64,000 bases of DNA from Somniosus microcephalus (taxonomy: Eukaryota). The notes below the pieces were generated by a model. That model saw only the letters and a list, made by a program, of their open reading frames with translations, was not told where the DNA came from and ran no database searches. The stretch covers positions 43,090,001-43,154,000 of the forward strand of contig CM126223.1 of NCBI GenBank assembly GCA_052327205.1. The letters are read 5' to 3'. Positions 23,480 through 36,074 of the stretch are shown here, piece after piece. A program made the translations under genes and the position numbers. The stretch's first letter is position 1. Every line of letters starts with the position of its first letter.

Positions 23480-25462
23480 CTAGGATGACGAGGGAGATAG
23501 AGAATATGATGAAACAAAAAAAAAAGTGTATGATGCATGTCAGGTGAATTCTTCAAGTAAGAACCAGGCCAAATACAATAAATTGAGAGGGGAAGTGAAG
23601 AGGAAAATAAGACTGGCAAAGAGAGAATGAGAGAATAGAATGGCAGTTAATATAAAAGGGAATCCAAAAATCTTCTACCGGCATGTAAATAGTAAGTGGG
23701 TAGTAAGAGACAGGGTGAGGTCTATTAGGGACAAAGGTGGTGATATATGCTTAGAGGCGCAGGGCAAGGTTGGAATACTTAATGAGTACTTTGTATTGGT
23801 GTTTACTAAGGAAGAGGATGCTGACAAATTATCAGTAGAAGCGGAGATGATAGAGGTAATGGGTGGGAGAAAATTGATAGGCAGTATGTACTGGAAAGGC
23901 TGGATATGCTTAGAGTGGATAAGTCACCTGGTCCGGATGGCTTGCATCCCAGGTTGCAAAGGGAAGTGGGGGTGAAGATAGCAGAAGGGCTTGCCATAAT
24001 TTTCCAACTTTCCCTAGCAGTGGGGAAGGTGCCAGAGGATTGGAAAGTGGCAAATGTAACACCCTTGTACAAGAAAGGGTGCAAGGACAATCCTAGTAAC
24101 TACAGGCCGGTCAGTTTAACATCAGTGGTGGGTAAGGTTTTAGAAACAATAATCAGGGAAAAAATTAACAGGCACTGGAGAGTTTTAAGTTAATTAAGGA
24201 GAGCCAGCAGAGATTTGTAAAAGGCAGATCGCGTTTGACTAATCTAATTGAATTTTTTGATGAAGTAACAGAGAAGGTTGATGAAGGGAATGCAGCGATG
24301 TTGTCTACATGGATTTTCGGAAGGCGTTTGACAATGTACCACATAAAAGGCTGGTTAATAACACTGAGGTTCATGGAATAGGAGGATCAGTGTCAGCTTG
24401 GATAAGAAATTGGCTTAAGGGCAGAAAACAGCGAGTTGTGGTAAATGGTTGTTTTTCAGACTGGAGGATGGTAGACAGTGGTGTTCCCCAAGGGTCAGTG
24501 CTAGGACCACTGATTTTTTTGATATATAAAATGACTTGGATATTTGAATATAGAGTAAAATTTCAAAATGTGCCAATGATACCAAATTTGGAGGTGTGGC
24601 AAACAATGAGGATGATACCAATCGACTGCAACAGGATATATAGGCTAGCGGAATGGGCAGACAAGTGGCAGATGGAATTTAATACAGAGAAGTGCGAGGT
24701 GATGCATTTTGGCAGAAGGGATAGGGAGAGGCAATATAGACTTAATGGCACAGTTCTAAAGAGTGTGCAGGGACAGAGGGACCTGGGGGTTCATGTGCAT
24801 AGATCTTTGAAGGTGGCAGGACATATTGAGAGAGTAGTTAGCAAAGCATATGGGATCTTGGGCTTCATAAATAGAGGTATTGAGTACAAAAGCAGGGAAG
24901 TTAAGCTGAACCTTAATAAAGCGTTGGTTAGGCCACAACTAGAGTATTGCGTCCAGTTCCGGTCACCACACTTTAGGAAGGATGTGAAGGTCCTTGAGAG
25001 GGTGCAGAGGAGATTTACCAGAATGGTTCCAGGGATGAGGGATTTTAGCTACAAGGTTAGGTTGGAGAAGCTGGGGTTGTTCTCCTTGGAGCAAAGGAGG
25101 TTGAGGGGAGATTTGATAGAGGTGTACAAGATTATGACGGGTTTGGATAAGGTAGACAAGAAAGGCTGTTCCCATTAGATGATGGTACAAGGACTTGGGG
25201 GGACACAGATTTAAGGTTTTGGGCAAGAGATACAGGGGGGATGTGAGGAAGAACTTTTTTACGCAGCGAGTGGAAATGACCTGGAACTCGCTGCCGACGA
25301 GGGTGGTGGAAGCGGAGACGATCAATGTTTTCAGGGGGAGACTGGATAGGCACTTGAGGGAAATAAACTTGCAGGGCTACGGGGATAGAGCGGGGGAATG
25401 AGACTGACTGGATTGCTCTACAGAGAGCCGGCATGGACTCGATGGGCCGAATGACTATGACT
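23480..25462 (+). mobile_element. CR1 LINE, ~2-kb ORF2 (reverse transcriptase) remnant
   Basis: [64 protein letters not shown] motifs across frameshifts; CR1 tail gatgggccgaatg. Confidence 0.96.
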
Positions 25463-25622
25463 CCAAAGTATCTGAATTCACAATAAAACTGAATGAACTA
25501 ATTTCAGTTGGAGACCCATTATTTTTGAAAGCATTTGCTGCCACAGTTTGACCTTAATTGGGTTCCAGTCGTGCAGTTAACTCCCAGTATACATTATTCT
25601 CTCAGTAAACTGCCTCCATTAC

Positions 25623-25754
25623 CTTCACTTAAAGATGGATGAATGGGTGGAGAAACTAAAGGAACAAATGTTTCCAAATCAAACCGTCCAGTCCTTGACT
25701 GAGCCTTAAGCAGCCAGTAGCGTTTCTCAAGATCAATTATATCAGATTCTTCCA
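25623..25754 (-). CDS. USP32: USP32 coding exon (exon 6 equivalent, 132 nt)
   Basis: (L)EESDIIDLEKRYWLLKAQSRTGRFDLETFVPLVSPPIHPSLSE(G); acceptor ttcacag, donor gtaatg, phase 1 to 1. Confidence 0.97.
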
Positions 25755-28080
25755 CTGTGAATAGAAATAAATACATTATCAGATCATATGCACAAGAAGC
25801 CTGGGGTTCAGCACAAGAAATGTTAAACAGATCGATACAAAACTGCTGATTATAAAACTGGCATCAAACGCATCTTTAAAATGTCAGCAACAGTTTTTGT
25901 TTTGTTAAATACATGGGACTGCACCAGTGAATTCAAACAATATTTCCTAAATTAAAAAATCACAAATACTTACCAAAATGGCTGGGAAAAAAACTACTTT
26001 TGTAAGTGTTCTTGTACTTTTTTTTTAAACCTAGAACTCATTTGTGACAAATTGCATTTTTATAGTGCCTTGAATGCAAAAATGTCCCAAGACACTTGAC
26101 AAACATTTTAAAAAATGGACATGGAACCAAAGGAAATATTAGGAGTGCTAACCAAAATGGTTGGTTTTAAGCAAAGTTTTAAAGTTGGAGAGGTTTAAAG
26201 AGGGAAATCTAGAGTGTGTGGCTGAGGTGCTGTAACAGCAGCAAAAACCTCATTGGAGAGATTTATACAATGATTTGAGGGAATGATGGGCACGGATTTA
26301 GAAAGTGACATGTTCAAATTCTACTCACAGTTCCCAGCCACAGAAATCCCAGAAGAATACGAGAATTTACATACAGCATTTATAGAGCCAACGGCAGGAG
26401 CTTTTCAATCCCTGCCAAGCAGTGTAATGATGACTTAATGGCAAGGAAAACTGATCATTACCAATAAAAAAAGTTACTGTACAAATATCCCATTTTAGCA
26501 TTTAAAATTAAAATAGTCACAATTTCTTTTGGAACCATGTTATTTAGGGAGGATGGTGGATTTCAACAAAAAAGAGGTATTGCAGACTTCAATTGTATAA
26601 CACAAACATTGCGTAAACACACAAGTATGAATTAGAAACAAATATAAATGCATTTGCCAAATAATTAGTTTTTAAGCTTTAAATATAGCCTTGAAGTTAT
26701 ACTTTACACACTTACATTTCCTTCAAACATCTGAATAAGAGTTCCAAAGTTAGAAAAAGATTGTACAAAAAAATCTTAAACTAACTCTTTATAAATAAAT
26801 AACAGTAAAAATGGCTTATTAAAAAGCGGCGATCCATGTTGAATTAAATAGCTTTCTCCTGTAGATACGCAACACATTTTGATTTGTTTCTATGTTTTTA
26901 TATGATTAAATCAGTTTGATTTTTTCATTTCCACCATAAAATGGTGATTAAAAATGTACAGTATTGCATGTGTAACATACAAAAGTATGTTGCATTTCTC
27001 TAGGGACAATATGCAATTCCAAAAGTGACTTAAGAGTTAATAAACTGGTTTCTATTAAGAGGAGAACGTCAGGATGCTTCAATGCAATTTGGAGACAAGC
27101 ACGGTCTCTTCCACTCCTGTGCAATGATGCTGAATTGACTGCAACATCACTAATCTACAGCAGGATCCATCAACTTCAGTATAATAACGTAACATACACC
27201 AATATAGTTATGCTCAAGTGAAAGATGTGTGCAGTAGGGGGAAAAGCAAACTTGACACACTTTGAAAAATAATGATGACATTTCAATTCAATTTGTTCTT
27301 TGGTAGTTTTTAAATCACAAAAATTACACAGCATAAAGAAGAACAGAATTAGTGAGTTTTCAAGGCAGATTTTATAGCTATAGGTTGATACTGTATAACA
27401 TTATGTAATTATAAGTGTTAACAGGGTACTTGAAACCAAATGGAGAAAGAATGGTGAATAATAATAAAATGACCTTCACCACACAGGGAAATATTGCATA
27501 AACAAAAATCAGATTTATGCCAAGTTAACACCAGTAGAGGAATGAATTTAGAGTAAAAATCCCAGATTACAGCAATTGAATCCACTCCGATTTGGCAACG
27601 CCGCCTCATAGCGATCACCTAAAGTGTGTGGCTTGATACTGGAATAACTGCATTACCTCTAGTGTAACAACTGCAGTCAGCACTGCACCTCAGTAACCAA
27701 TACGTGCAGTGGCACACATTGTGAACTTGCCATACTTGAAAATAACAGCCCGGATATTCATCATGACAACAAACAAACAGATCCAAGTACGTGAGGCTGG
27801 TTAAAGCAGGTGACACACAATATGCAGCTCGGTTTATCAAGCTTTGAGCCTCAGAGTCCACTTCGGGTTTAGAGAGCTGATTTACACTGGTTTTGCCGAA
27901 CCATGGCGTTCAAATGACTCTGAAGCCTATTGGTGTTATTGTGCCATTATGTATGCATGATGAGGTCACCACACATAGTGCACGGACTCATAACAATTTG
28001 TAAAATTTGCAAATGAAAAATATTTTATCCATTATCTTGGAATGAGATTGCAAGTTAGTGCCAACTTGTGAGTGTGTCCA

Positions 28081-28171
28081 TACGTGGGGTTACGGGGATC
28101 GGGTGGGATAGGTGTCGGTGCAGGCTCGATGGGCCGAAATGGCCTCTATCTGCACTGTGGGGTTTCTGTGA
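28081..28171 (+). mobile_element. HE1-like SINE / CR1-derived 3' tail fragment
   Basis: gtcggtgcaggctcgatgggccgaaatggcctctatctgcactgt; near-identical inverted copy at ~44754-44843. Confidence 0.75.
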
Positions 28172-29140
28172 TACCATACAAGTTGATATTAACAAATGAC
28201 TGGTTTGAGACTGCCCAAATTCATTTCATAAGACCCTTATGGCTAGTAGACAGAAGGAACTGCAAGGTTTGAACCTAGGTACCAGAGATGTAAATACAAT
28301 ACAATTATTCACTGTCATCCAGCTCCTGAACTGAACTTTTATAAAGAATTTGCTTACATGTTCAAATTAGGTCATGTGTAGCTTTCCAAAGCATGGTATA
28401 TGGGAACTATGATAACCTTGCTTCCAAGGTTTGAGACTATACATGTTTTTGTTCATTATTCAAATAATGGGTAATAGGTGTGAGCAACTTATACCCAAAG
28501 GTTTAGGCATGATCAAAGTCACAAGATACTTTTCCACAAGATACTGTCCAAGTCTTTAAAATCACAACCCATATAAACTTTTCCACTAAAAACCACAAAT
28601 TTGCAACAGCTATGAAGGGCATCAGAAAATTATTAAATTCATGAGAGTTTCAAATATTGCAAAGCATGTAATTTTCTTGTAATATGCCGTACTAACCCGA
28701 CTTTAAACTGAGTGGGTATGAAAGCTTTGGTGCAAATGTGCTTACTAAATTATGGTACAGTACGCAGGTAGAGAGCAAAGTAGAATGCTGGAGATCGGAA
28801 ATAACAGAAAATGTTAAAAAGCTCTGATAAGAAGCCCTACCGACTAACCTGCTGTACATTTTCAGTATTTTCGATTAACAGTACAATACAAACTTAAGCC
28901 TCAGTGCATTACCAACTCTATAGATGGATAAACTATTTTAGAAGTTGCATAATTTCTTTTCTGACACTTCAGTGTAATTTATTGTATATCGGTGGATTCA
29001 TTTAAGGAAATGTGGAAATAATACATTAATTTTAAATACGACTACATCATAGCAGCAGTACTTGTGGCTTCACTTAAGAAACACAAAATGTGTTTCTGAA
29101 AGATTTCTATGGACTAAAGTGACAATTGGCAGACACAAGA

Positions 29141-29830
29141 GACTCAATTTTAACTCGTGGGCGGAAGGGGCCGGCAAACCATCCTGATCCCAGCAGCGTG
29201 AGGCTCAGGCAATGTTAACTCCTGGGGCTCATTTGCATGTCCCCCAGTCATTCACCCACCCAAAACCAGCATTAAGAAGTAGCTGGCCGAGAGCGGAATG
29301 CTGAGTCGCAGGAAGGTGCCGCAGGGGAATGGAGGAACAGTCCCCGGCATTCAGGTACATCGTGCGGAGCAGGATTTGGGGAAACCTAGAGCAGGGATGG
29401 CCGAAACACTCCCGCTCCTCCACTGGCCCCGCAAAGAAAATCAAAACAAAATTTAAAATCTAAGCTGTTCGGATATAAATCTTCTGACTCCGACTCTCTT
29501 TCCCGCTAGGTTAATCTGAAGGGAAAGCCACAACCCATTCCCTGCTCAGGCCACTGTTTAAAATAGCAGTCGGGCTTCACTGGAGCCCAATATGCATATT
29601 TCCAGCGCGCATCCTTCCCCCTTCTCAAAAGGGTAAGTTAAAATAGACAACTGCGGGAAGAGAGCGGAACGTTGGTGGGTAAAATCCGATGGCAATTTTA
29701 ATTGCCCGTCTGTCTAGGTTCAAGACTGATTCTTGATAGATTTTTGTTAGGCGAGTGTATCAAAGGATATGGAGCAAAGGCAGGCAAATGGAGTTGAATG
29801 GGCTGAATGGCCTACTTCTGGTTCCTATGA
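29141..29830. mobile_element. Degenerate GC-rich MITE-like element followed by a CR1 3' tail (29712-29830)
   Basis: Starts with a TIR-like ctcaattttaac; the right end is replaced by gatagatttttgttagg...gggctgaatggcctacttct. Confidence 0.5.
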
Positions 29831-29925
29831 AATAAACTTAATATTTGCTACATTTCAGGTGGCACTACAGTATTAACATGCAATGAAATGTGGATGAGAG
29901 AGAAATTGACGTGGAGGGAAACAAT

Positions 29926-30673
29926 GGGCCTGAATTTGTGTTCGGAGGCTTCCCGCGGGCGGATGCCTCCGAACCGCAATAAATCTATGCACCTACCCGA
30001 TGGCCCTGGATCCACGGAGACTCGCGCTCCTGGGCCTCGACGCGTAGGCCCACGTATCCCAGGGGCTCATGCGATTCGCAAGCACCCCTGCAATCACGTG
30101 GGCAGCCCAATCAGAAAGGGGACTCCCATTATGCTTATGGGGATTCCTACATACGGAATCCCCACAAGCTTAATGGGAATCACCCAAACACATGTACACA
30201 ACCTTGAAATAAAAAACGTTACATTTTAAAAATTAATTAAAATACAATTTCATTAAACATTTAAAACAAACGTAATTTTTTGAAAAATAAATGTAAACAT
30301 TTTTTAGGGACCAAAGATAAATTTATTTTACAGGTGATTGAATGTTAAAATGATTTTTAAAATGTTATTGTAATATTTATTTTCACTCTTACACCATACG
30401 CCTTTACCAGGCGTAAGAGTTTTGTGAGCATTTGCTGGGCAAGAGTTGGAGCCCAACTCCCCGCCAGCAGGTGTCTGTTCCCCGGGGATGCAGAGAATCT
30501 GTCAAGAAGATTCTTGACAGATCCTCCGCATCTCCGGGAACTGGACATCCGCTGGCGAAGATTATTGACAGATTGCAAGCTCCGGGTTTTCGTGCCTGTG
30601 CAGCCCATGCGTAAACCCAGAACTTGCAAGGCACTTATGCGTACACGGTCATAGGCCACGGAAAATCTGGGCC
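29926..30673 (-). mobile_element. PIF/Harbinger-type MITE (748 bp), inverted relative of 60087-60822
   Basis: TIRs GGGCCTGAATTT / AAAATCTGGGCC; AT-rich core; internal hairpins; colinear with the reverse complement of 60087-60822. Confidence 0.85.
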
Positions 30674-33003
30674 ACAATAAGCCTGGGCTTTAGCAGTAAT
30701 TTAACGCAAAAATATGATTTTTTTTTTTTTTAAAAACCACTTTATGCTCCACGTCCATATATGATACATATATGTTCATTCACCGCACGTGAGTAAGAGA
30801 AAGCAGATAAGGTGCAGCTTATCGATTGACAGTTACCTTTGTGTATGAACTCTGGGTTGTCACATGCAGGTTGTAGTGGAATGTTGCCACATATGTTTGA
30901 AGTACTTGAAGCATTTGGTGCCAACATGAATTAAGATTCAATCGTTTTTACTAGCAGCTTAATGTAGGAACTTGTTCAAGAAAAAATTGCAGCCATAAAG
31001 ATTATACATAGATTGCACCAGCCACTTTCAAATGCAAACATTAATATAAGCTGGGATCAACAGTCAAAATTAATCGTTACCTCAAAGTCTTTGGAAAGGT
31101 ATACATGCTTGGCTTCTACTGTGCTCTTAAAGGTCAGGACTGTTTACTGGCTGTAGCCCAGAGTCTTTTTTTGGGGGGTGGGGGGGGGGGGGAAGAAAGA
31201 GTGGTGGGCAGCGGAAATGAGGCAGTCCCGTGGGTTTTGGAACCCGTTTTCTCCCTGGACCACACATTACCTGTAGCAGAGGGGACAAGTAAAGAGAGAA
31301 AAATGGAACGACAACCTGCTGCGAGGTTTTCACAGGATTCTCAAATGCAGGCTGCCGACAACCCCAGTTTTGCTCTCCTTTTCTGTAGGGCATCACTTGT
31401 ATCAACTTGACTAATACTGGGAAGTAGATGGAGTAGGGAAATCACCATGACCTTGTACATTCCAATTCACTGAACTGCTTTAGGTTATGCAAGATTTTAT
31501 CCTGAAACAAAAAAGATTCCAGTTCCCTTTTGTGAATCAAGCAGTTGATGGTGTGATTAGTTTTTCCTGATTAAGTTGAACTCTGTAACTGGGATACTAT
31601 TCTTACCTTGTGAGTAAAGAAGTCTGGTCTTTATATGAAACAAATGTTACCTATTGAATGTTCTTTTTGTACCACTAAGTCTGAGAGATGGAAGTCATGT
31701 CACACAACTTGTTGCCATCTTGGAAATCCCCCAAGCAGAGATCCCCTAAGTGTGTGGGTGGGGGGAGAGAAATATGGCCTGACCTAACCCCAGATATTTT
31801 TTACAGCTGGTTACAGAGTGAGTTGAACAGCTTCACTGCATCGCTCACTTCCAAAAATCAAATTGCTATTAAACTAAGTGAGTACAGGCACAGGCACTGT
31901 GGGCTGAATGGCCTTCTTTTGTGCTGCATCATTCTATGATTCTGTACAGTGAGCTGACAATCAGCTGACTCTAATAAAAGCATATTTCCTTTAGTCTGTT
32001 CAGAGTGACACTGATGGGCGTCATGGGTAAATCCTAACTGTCCCAACTCTGTTGCAGGAGACTGTAGAGAAGTAGGTGGTTACTGCAGGAAAAGACAACA
32101 TGGAGAAGAAGGGGGAAGAGGAAATTATTTTTTATAAAAAATAACTATTGCAAATCATTTCTGTAAAGAATTGAATAAATAAAACCCTATTTATTTACGA
32201 AGGGCTCTTTTGCAAACCTTTCTGAGCCCTTATACTATATATTTGTATGTATTTATAATGAGAATTGTATTTGAGAAACTGAATCCTCTTGCTACATTGA
32301 GTGCAGCTGTGTATTATCTCATTTCCCAGCTGGTTTTGAGGCAGAGTTAATCCATCTCGATATCCTAATAGGATTCCAGTAGACCCATTACTGAACTTCA
32401 AATCACAAAAATCCAGAGTATGGAAGATAACACCATGCAAGGATTCATCAAACATTGTTGACCTCAAAAGCAACTTTCTTTTTTTTTTTTTTTTTAAAAT
32501 GGTTGCATCATTTACAATTTTTCTTTACAAATCTTAAATACCGTTTCCAATAATTTTCAATTTTTTTGGAATTTTCCCCAAACATTAAGTCTAGGGAAAG
32601 ATTTTGTACTGAATATATATTGTAGTAAATAATTCGTAGAAGTTTCCAAATTGTTCATCACACTCCCAGATGGTAGTAATTATAGAATTATTTACAAGTT
32701 CCATCTGTTAAACACATCCAGCTCAAAATGTTTTAATTTCACAATAAATGTAGCAAAAGCTAGGATACAGTTCAAACAGAAATGCCTTCCGAGTATTATT
32801 TAGGAAATACATTAAATACATAGCTCCGAAGTTTTTGTTTGATTATTCGTCACAGAAGGGGTGCCAGGTTCCACTTTACAGCTTCATCACTCCTACCAAT
32901 CATGTGCGGCTGCACTCCCAGCGCCAAACTGAGGAATTGTGCACCTGAGGAATTTTACACCTTGTATCGCTTCTCCTCACCCAGGTCGTATAATACGGAC
33001 AAA

Positions 33004-33510
33004 TTGCCTGGATGAGTGCAGCTCCAACAACACTCAAGAAGCTCGACACCATCCAGGACAAAGCAGCCCGCTTGATTGGCACCCCATCCACCACCTTAAA
33101 CATTCACTCCCTCCACCACCGGCATACCGTGGCTGCAGTGTGTACCATCTACAAGATGTACTGCAGCAACTCGCCAAGGCTTCTTCGGCAGCACCTCCCA
33201 AACCCGCGGCCTCAACCACCTAGACGGACAAGGGCAGCAGGAGCATGGGAACACCACCACCTCCTAGTTCCCCTCCAAGTCACACACCATTCTGACTTAG
33301 AAGTATATCGCCGATCCTTCATCGTCGCTGGGTCAAAATCCTGGAACTCCCTACCTAACAGCACTGTGGGAGTACCTTCACCACATGGACTGCAGCGGTT
33401 CAAGAAGGTGGCTCACCACCACCTTCTCAAGGGCAACTAGGGATGGGCAATAAATGCTGGCCAATAAATGCTGGCCTTGCCAGCGACGCCCAGATCCCAT
33501 AAACAAATTT
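33004..33510 (+). mobile_element. CR1/L2-group LINE 3' end (same family as 7982-8515)
   Basis: WMSAAPTTLKKLDTIQDKAARLIG; tandem duplication of caataaatgctggc in the tail. Confidence 0.85.
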
Positions 33511-33649
33511 ATTTTAAATTACGAACTAAATTTTATGCTGGTGTTTATATTAATTTAATTTCCTTTGGCTCCCTAGGCAAGCACTAAATCATAAAAATAA
33601 CGTCCTTAAGTTAATTATATGACGATTTTTACATAACATTCAAAATGGG

Positions 33650-34885
33650 CTTCCCCATCTCCATTTCTGGGAATAGGCTGTTCACCAATGTCTACTATAA
33701 GCCCACCGACTTCCACAGCTTCCTTGGTTACAACTTCCACCCACCCCACTTCCTGTAAGAACTCTATTCCATTCTCCCAGTTTCTCCATCTCCGTCGCAT
33801 CTGTTCAGACGATGCCACCTTCCACACCAGTGATTCAGACGTCTTCCTTTTTCCTTAACTAAGGATTCACTTCCACTATGGTTGACCGATCCCTTGATCG
33901 TGACCGTCCCATTTCCAGTACTTCTGCCCTCTGTCCTCACCCCCTCCCTCACGACAATAGGGTCCCCCTTGTCCTCATCTTCCACCTCACCAGCCTCCAC
34001 ATTCAACAGATCATCCTCCGCCATTTCCACCTTCAACAGTGCGATGCCACCACCAAACCCATCTTCCCCTCCCACTTCAGCATTCCGAAGTGACCGTTCC
34101 CTCTGCGACTCCCTGGTCCACTCATCAATCACCCCGAACACCCGCTCTCCTTCCTACGGCACCTTCACATGCAAACGCAGGAGATGCAACACTGCTCTTT
34201 CACCATCTCCCTTCCCACCATTCAGTGCCCCAAACAGTCCTGCCAAGTGAAATAGCGTTTTGCTTATACTTCTTCAAACCTGGTACACTGTATTCGTTGC
34301 TCCTCTAAATTGGGGAGGCCAAATGCAGATTGGGTGATCGCTTTGCTAAACACCTCCGTTCAGTCTGCAACAGTGACCCCGAGCTTCCGGACATTTGCCA
34401 CTTTAATTCTCCATCCCACTCTGACCTCTCTAATTTGCCGCCTACACTGTTCCAACAAAGTTCAAGGAATGGCACCACATCTTTTGATTAGGCACTTTAC
34501 AACCTTGCGGTCTCAACATCAACAACTTTAGATCATAACCACCACTCCCATTTTCTCGGGTGCTGATAATGGCTCTGCTGTTATCATTTACACCTCTTCT
34601 GGACTCATCTTTTGTTTTTGTGTATCATTACCACTCCCTTTTGCCTTGCACCATCATCCCTTTTGTCAATTCATCACTCCTGCCTTCCACCCCATCACAG
34701 AACTTTCCCTTTGCTCTTTCCTCCATCACCCCCACCAGATCCCTTTCCCTGGGATTTGCTTAAAAACTGTTAAATCTCTAACTTCTTCCAGTTCTGATGA
34801 AAGGTCATCGATCTGAAACGTTAACTGTTTCTCTCCACAGATGCAGTCTGACCTGCTGAGTATTTCCAGCATTTTGTTTTAATTC
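33650..34885 (+). mobile_element. Penelope-like retroelement 3' part, degenerate
   Basis: YKPT.., PFSQFL.LRRICS, RVPLVL.FH, C..RRCNT remnants and Penelope terminal repeat containing a hammerhead motif. Confidence 0.88.
34789..34827 (+). ncRNA. Minimal type I hammerhead ribozyme motif (Penelope-associated)
   Basis: CAGTT-CTGATGA-A-AGGTC(ATC)GATCT-GAAA-CG-TT-AACTG: 5-bp helix I, 5-bp helix II, loopless palindromic helix III (AACGTT), GUU cleavage triplet. Confidence 0.72.
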
Positions 34886-35973
34886 AAAATGGATCCAAGG
34901 ACTTGATATATAAACTTTATAGATCAAGTGAGTGCAGTTGATCATGACTAGAAAGGAACAACTAATTCTACTTGTTGCAAAGTTTTGTATCTTCAGACAT
35001 GTCCCTTTAAATGTTGTCTTTTCTCTAGGCTGCCACTTCCACGCCTCATTTCCTTGGTCTTCTTCATTTTTCCTTTATTTTCTTTCTCTTTGCTTATCCA
35101 TTCCTCATTTTCTATTATTTTCTTCCTCCTTTGTCTTATTTATTCCACCATTTCATCTTTCATTTTAGCATCTTTGAGGGAAGGAGGAAAATCAAAAAGG
35201 AAACAGAACCCAGGGATGAAGGAAGAGGGAACAGAAAGAGATCGAAAGTGAAGAAATCAGAAGGAATGAAACTGGGAGGACAAAAGAACATGAAAGAAAT
35301 TGAAACCTCTGTGACAGAGGGGGGGGGGGGGGGGGAAATGAGGAAATCAAAAAGAAACCAAGAGCTTGGAGGAAGGGCAATTAAAAGGCAGAGACCTCAA
35401 ACAAAGGAAGGGTGAAATGAGGAGCAGACATGGGGACATGAGTTGAAACAGAATTATATTTTACAGCTACATCATGCTATTTTTAAATGCTTCTCATAGT
35501 TCACTTACTCTTAAAAGCAGTAAAGACGCTTAATTGTTAATCTAACGTGAGTAACTACAATTCAAAAAGCGCTCTGTAACTTTGTTACATAACATAGAAA
35601 GCCAAAAGAATTGAACTGAAGGATATTTAAATTCTAATTTAAAGGGCCAAACTCGCATAGTAAAAATGTCTTTCATTATATTTGTAATTGTCACCGTAGG
35701 TCTGATTTATTATCTGTGTATCTATTAGAGAACATTTGTTTGATACTTAATCCTGCTCATAATTATATCAACAGCAGTTTCAAAAAATATCAGCGGTTAA
35801 GCTGGTGAATTTCTGTATGGGAGTGAATTTCCAAAAACTCCAAACCAGAGTGATATTGTATGAAAGTACCTTGGTCTTCCATTTTTATTTTCAGTAAAAA
35901 GACAACCAATACTGAGCATTAGTCCCAGCTGCTGACAGTGACATATTTAACTTAGTGAAGACCAGCAAGCCAA

Positions 35974-36074
35974 GTTCTGATGAAAGGTCATCGACCTGAA
36001 ACGTTAACTCTGTTTCTCTCTTCACAGATGCTGCCTGACCTGCCGAGTATCTCCAGCATTTTCTGTTTTTATTT
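35974..36074 (+). mobile_element. Isolated 101-bp Penelope terminal unit with intact hammerhead core
   Basis: AGTT-CTGATGA-A-AGGTC(ATC)GACCT-GAAA-CGTT-AACT at 35973-36009; flanked by 7-bp direct repeat AAGCCAA (35967-35973 and 36075-36081). Confidence 0.8.

Noticed and set aside
24309-25178. 289-aa ORF, the longest in the window
   Set aside because: Frameshifted CR1 reverse transcriptase fragment with a disrupted catalytic region, not a host gene.
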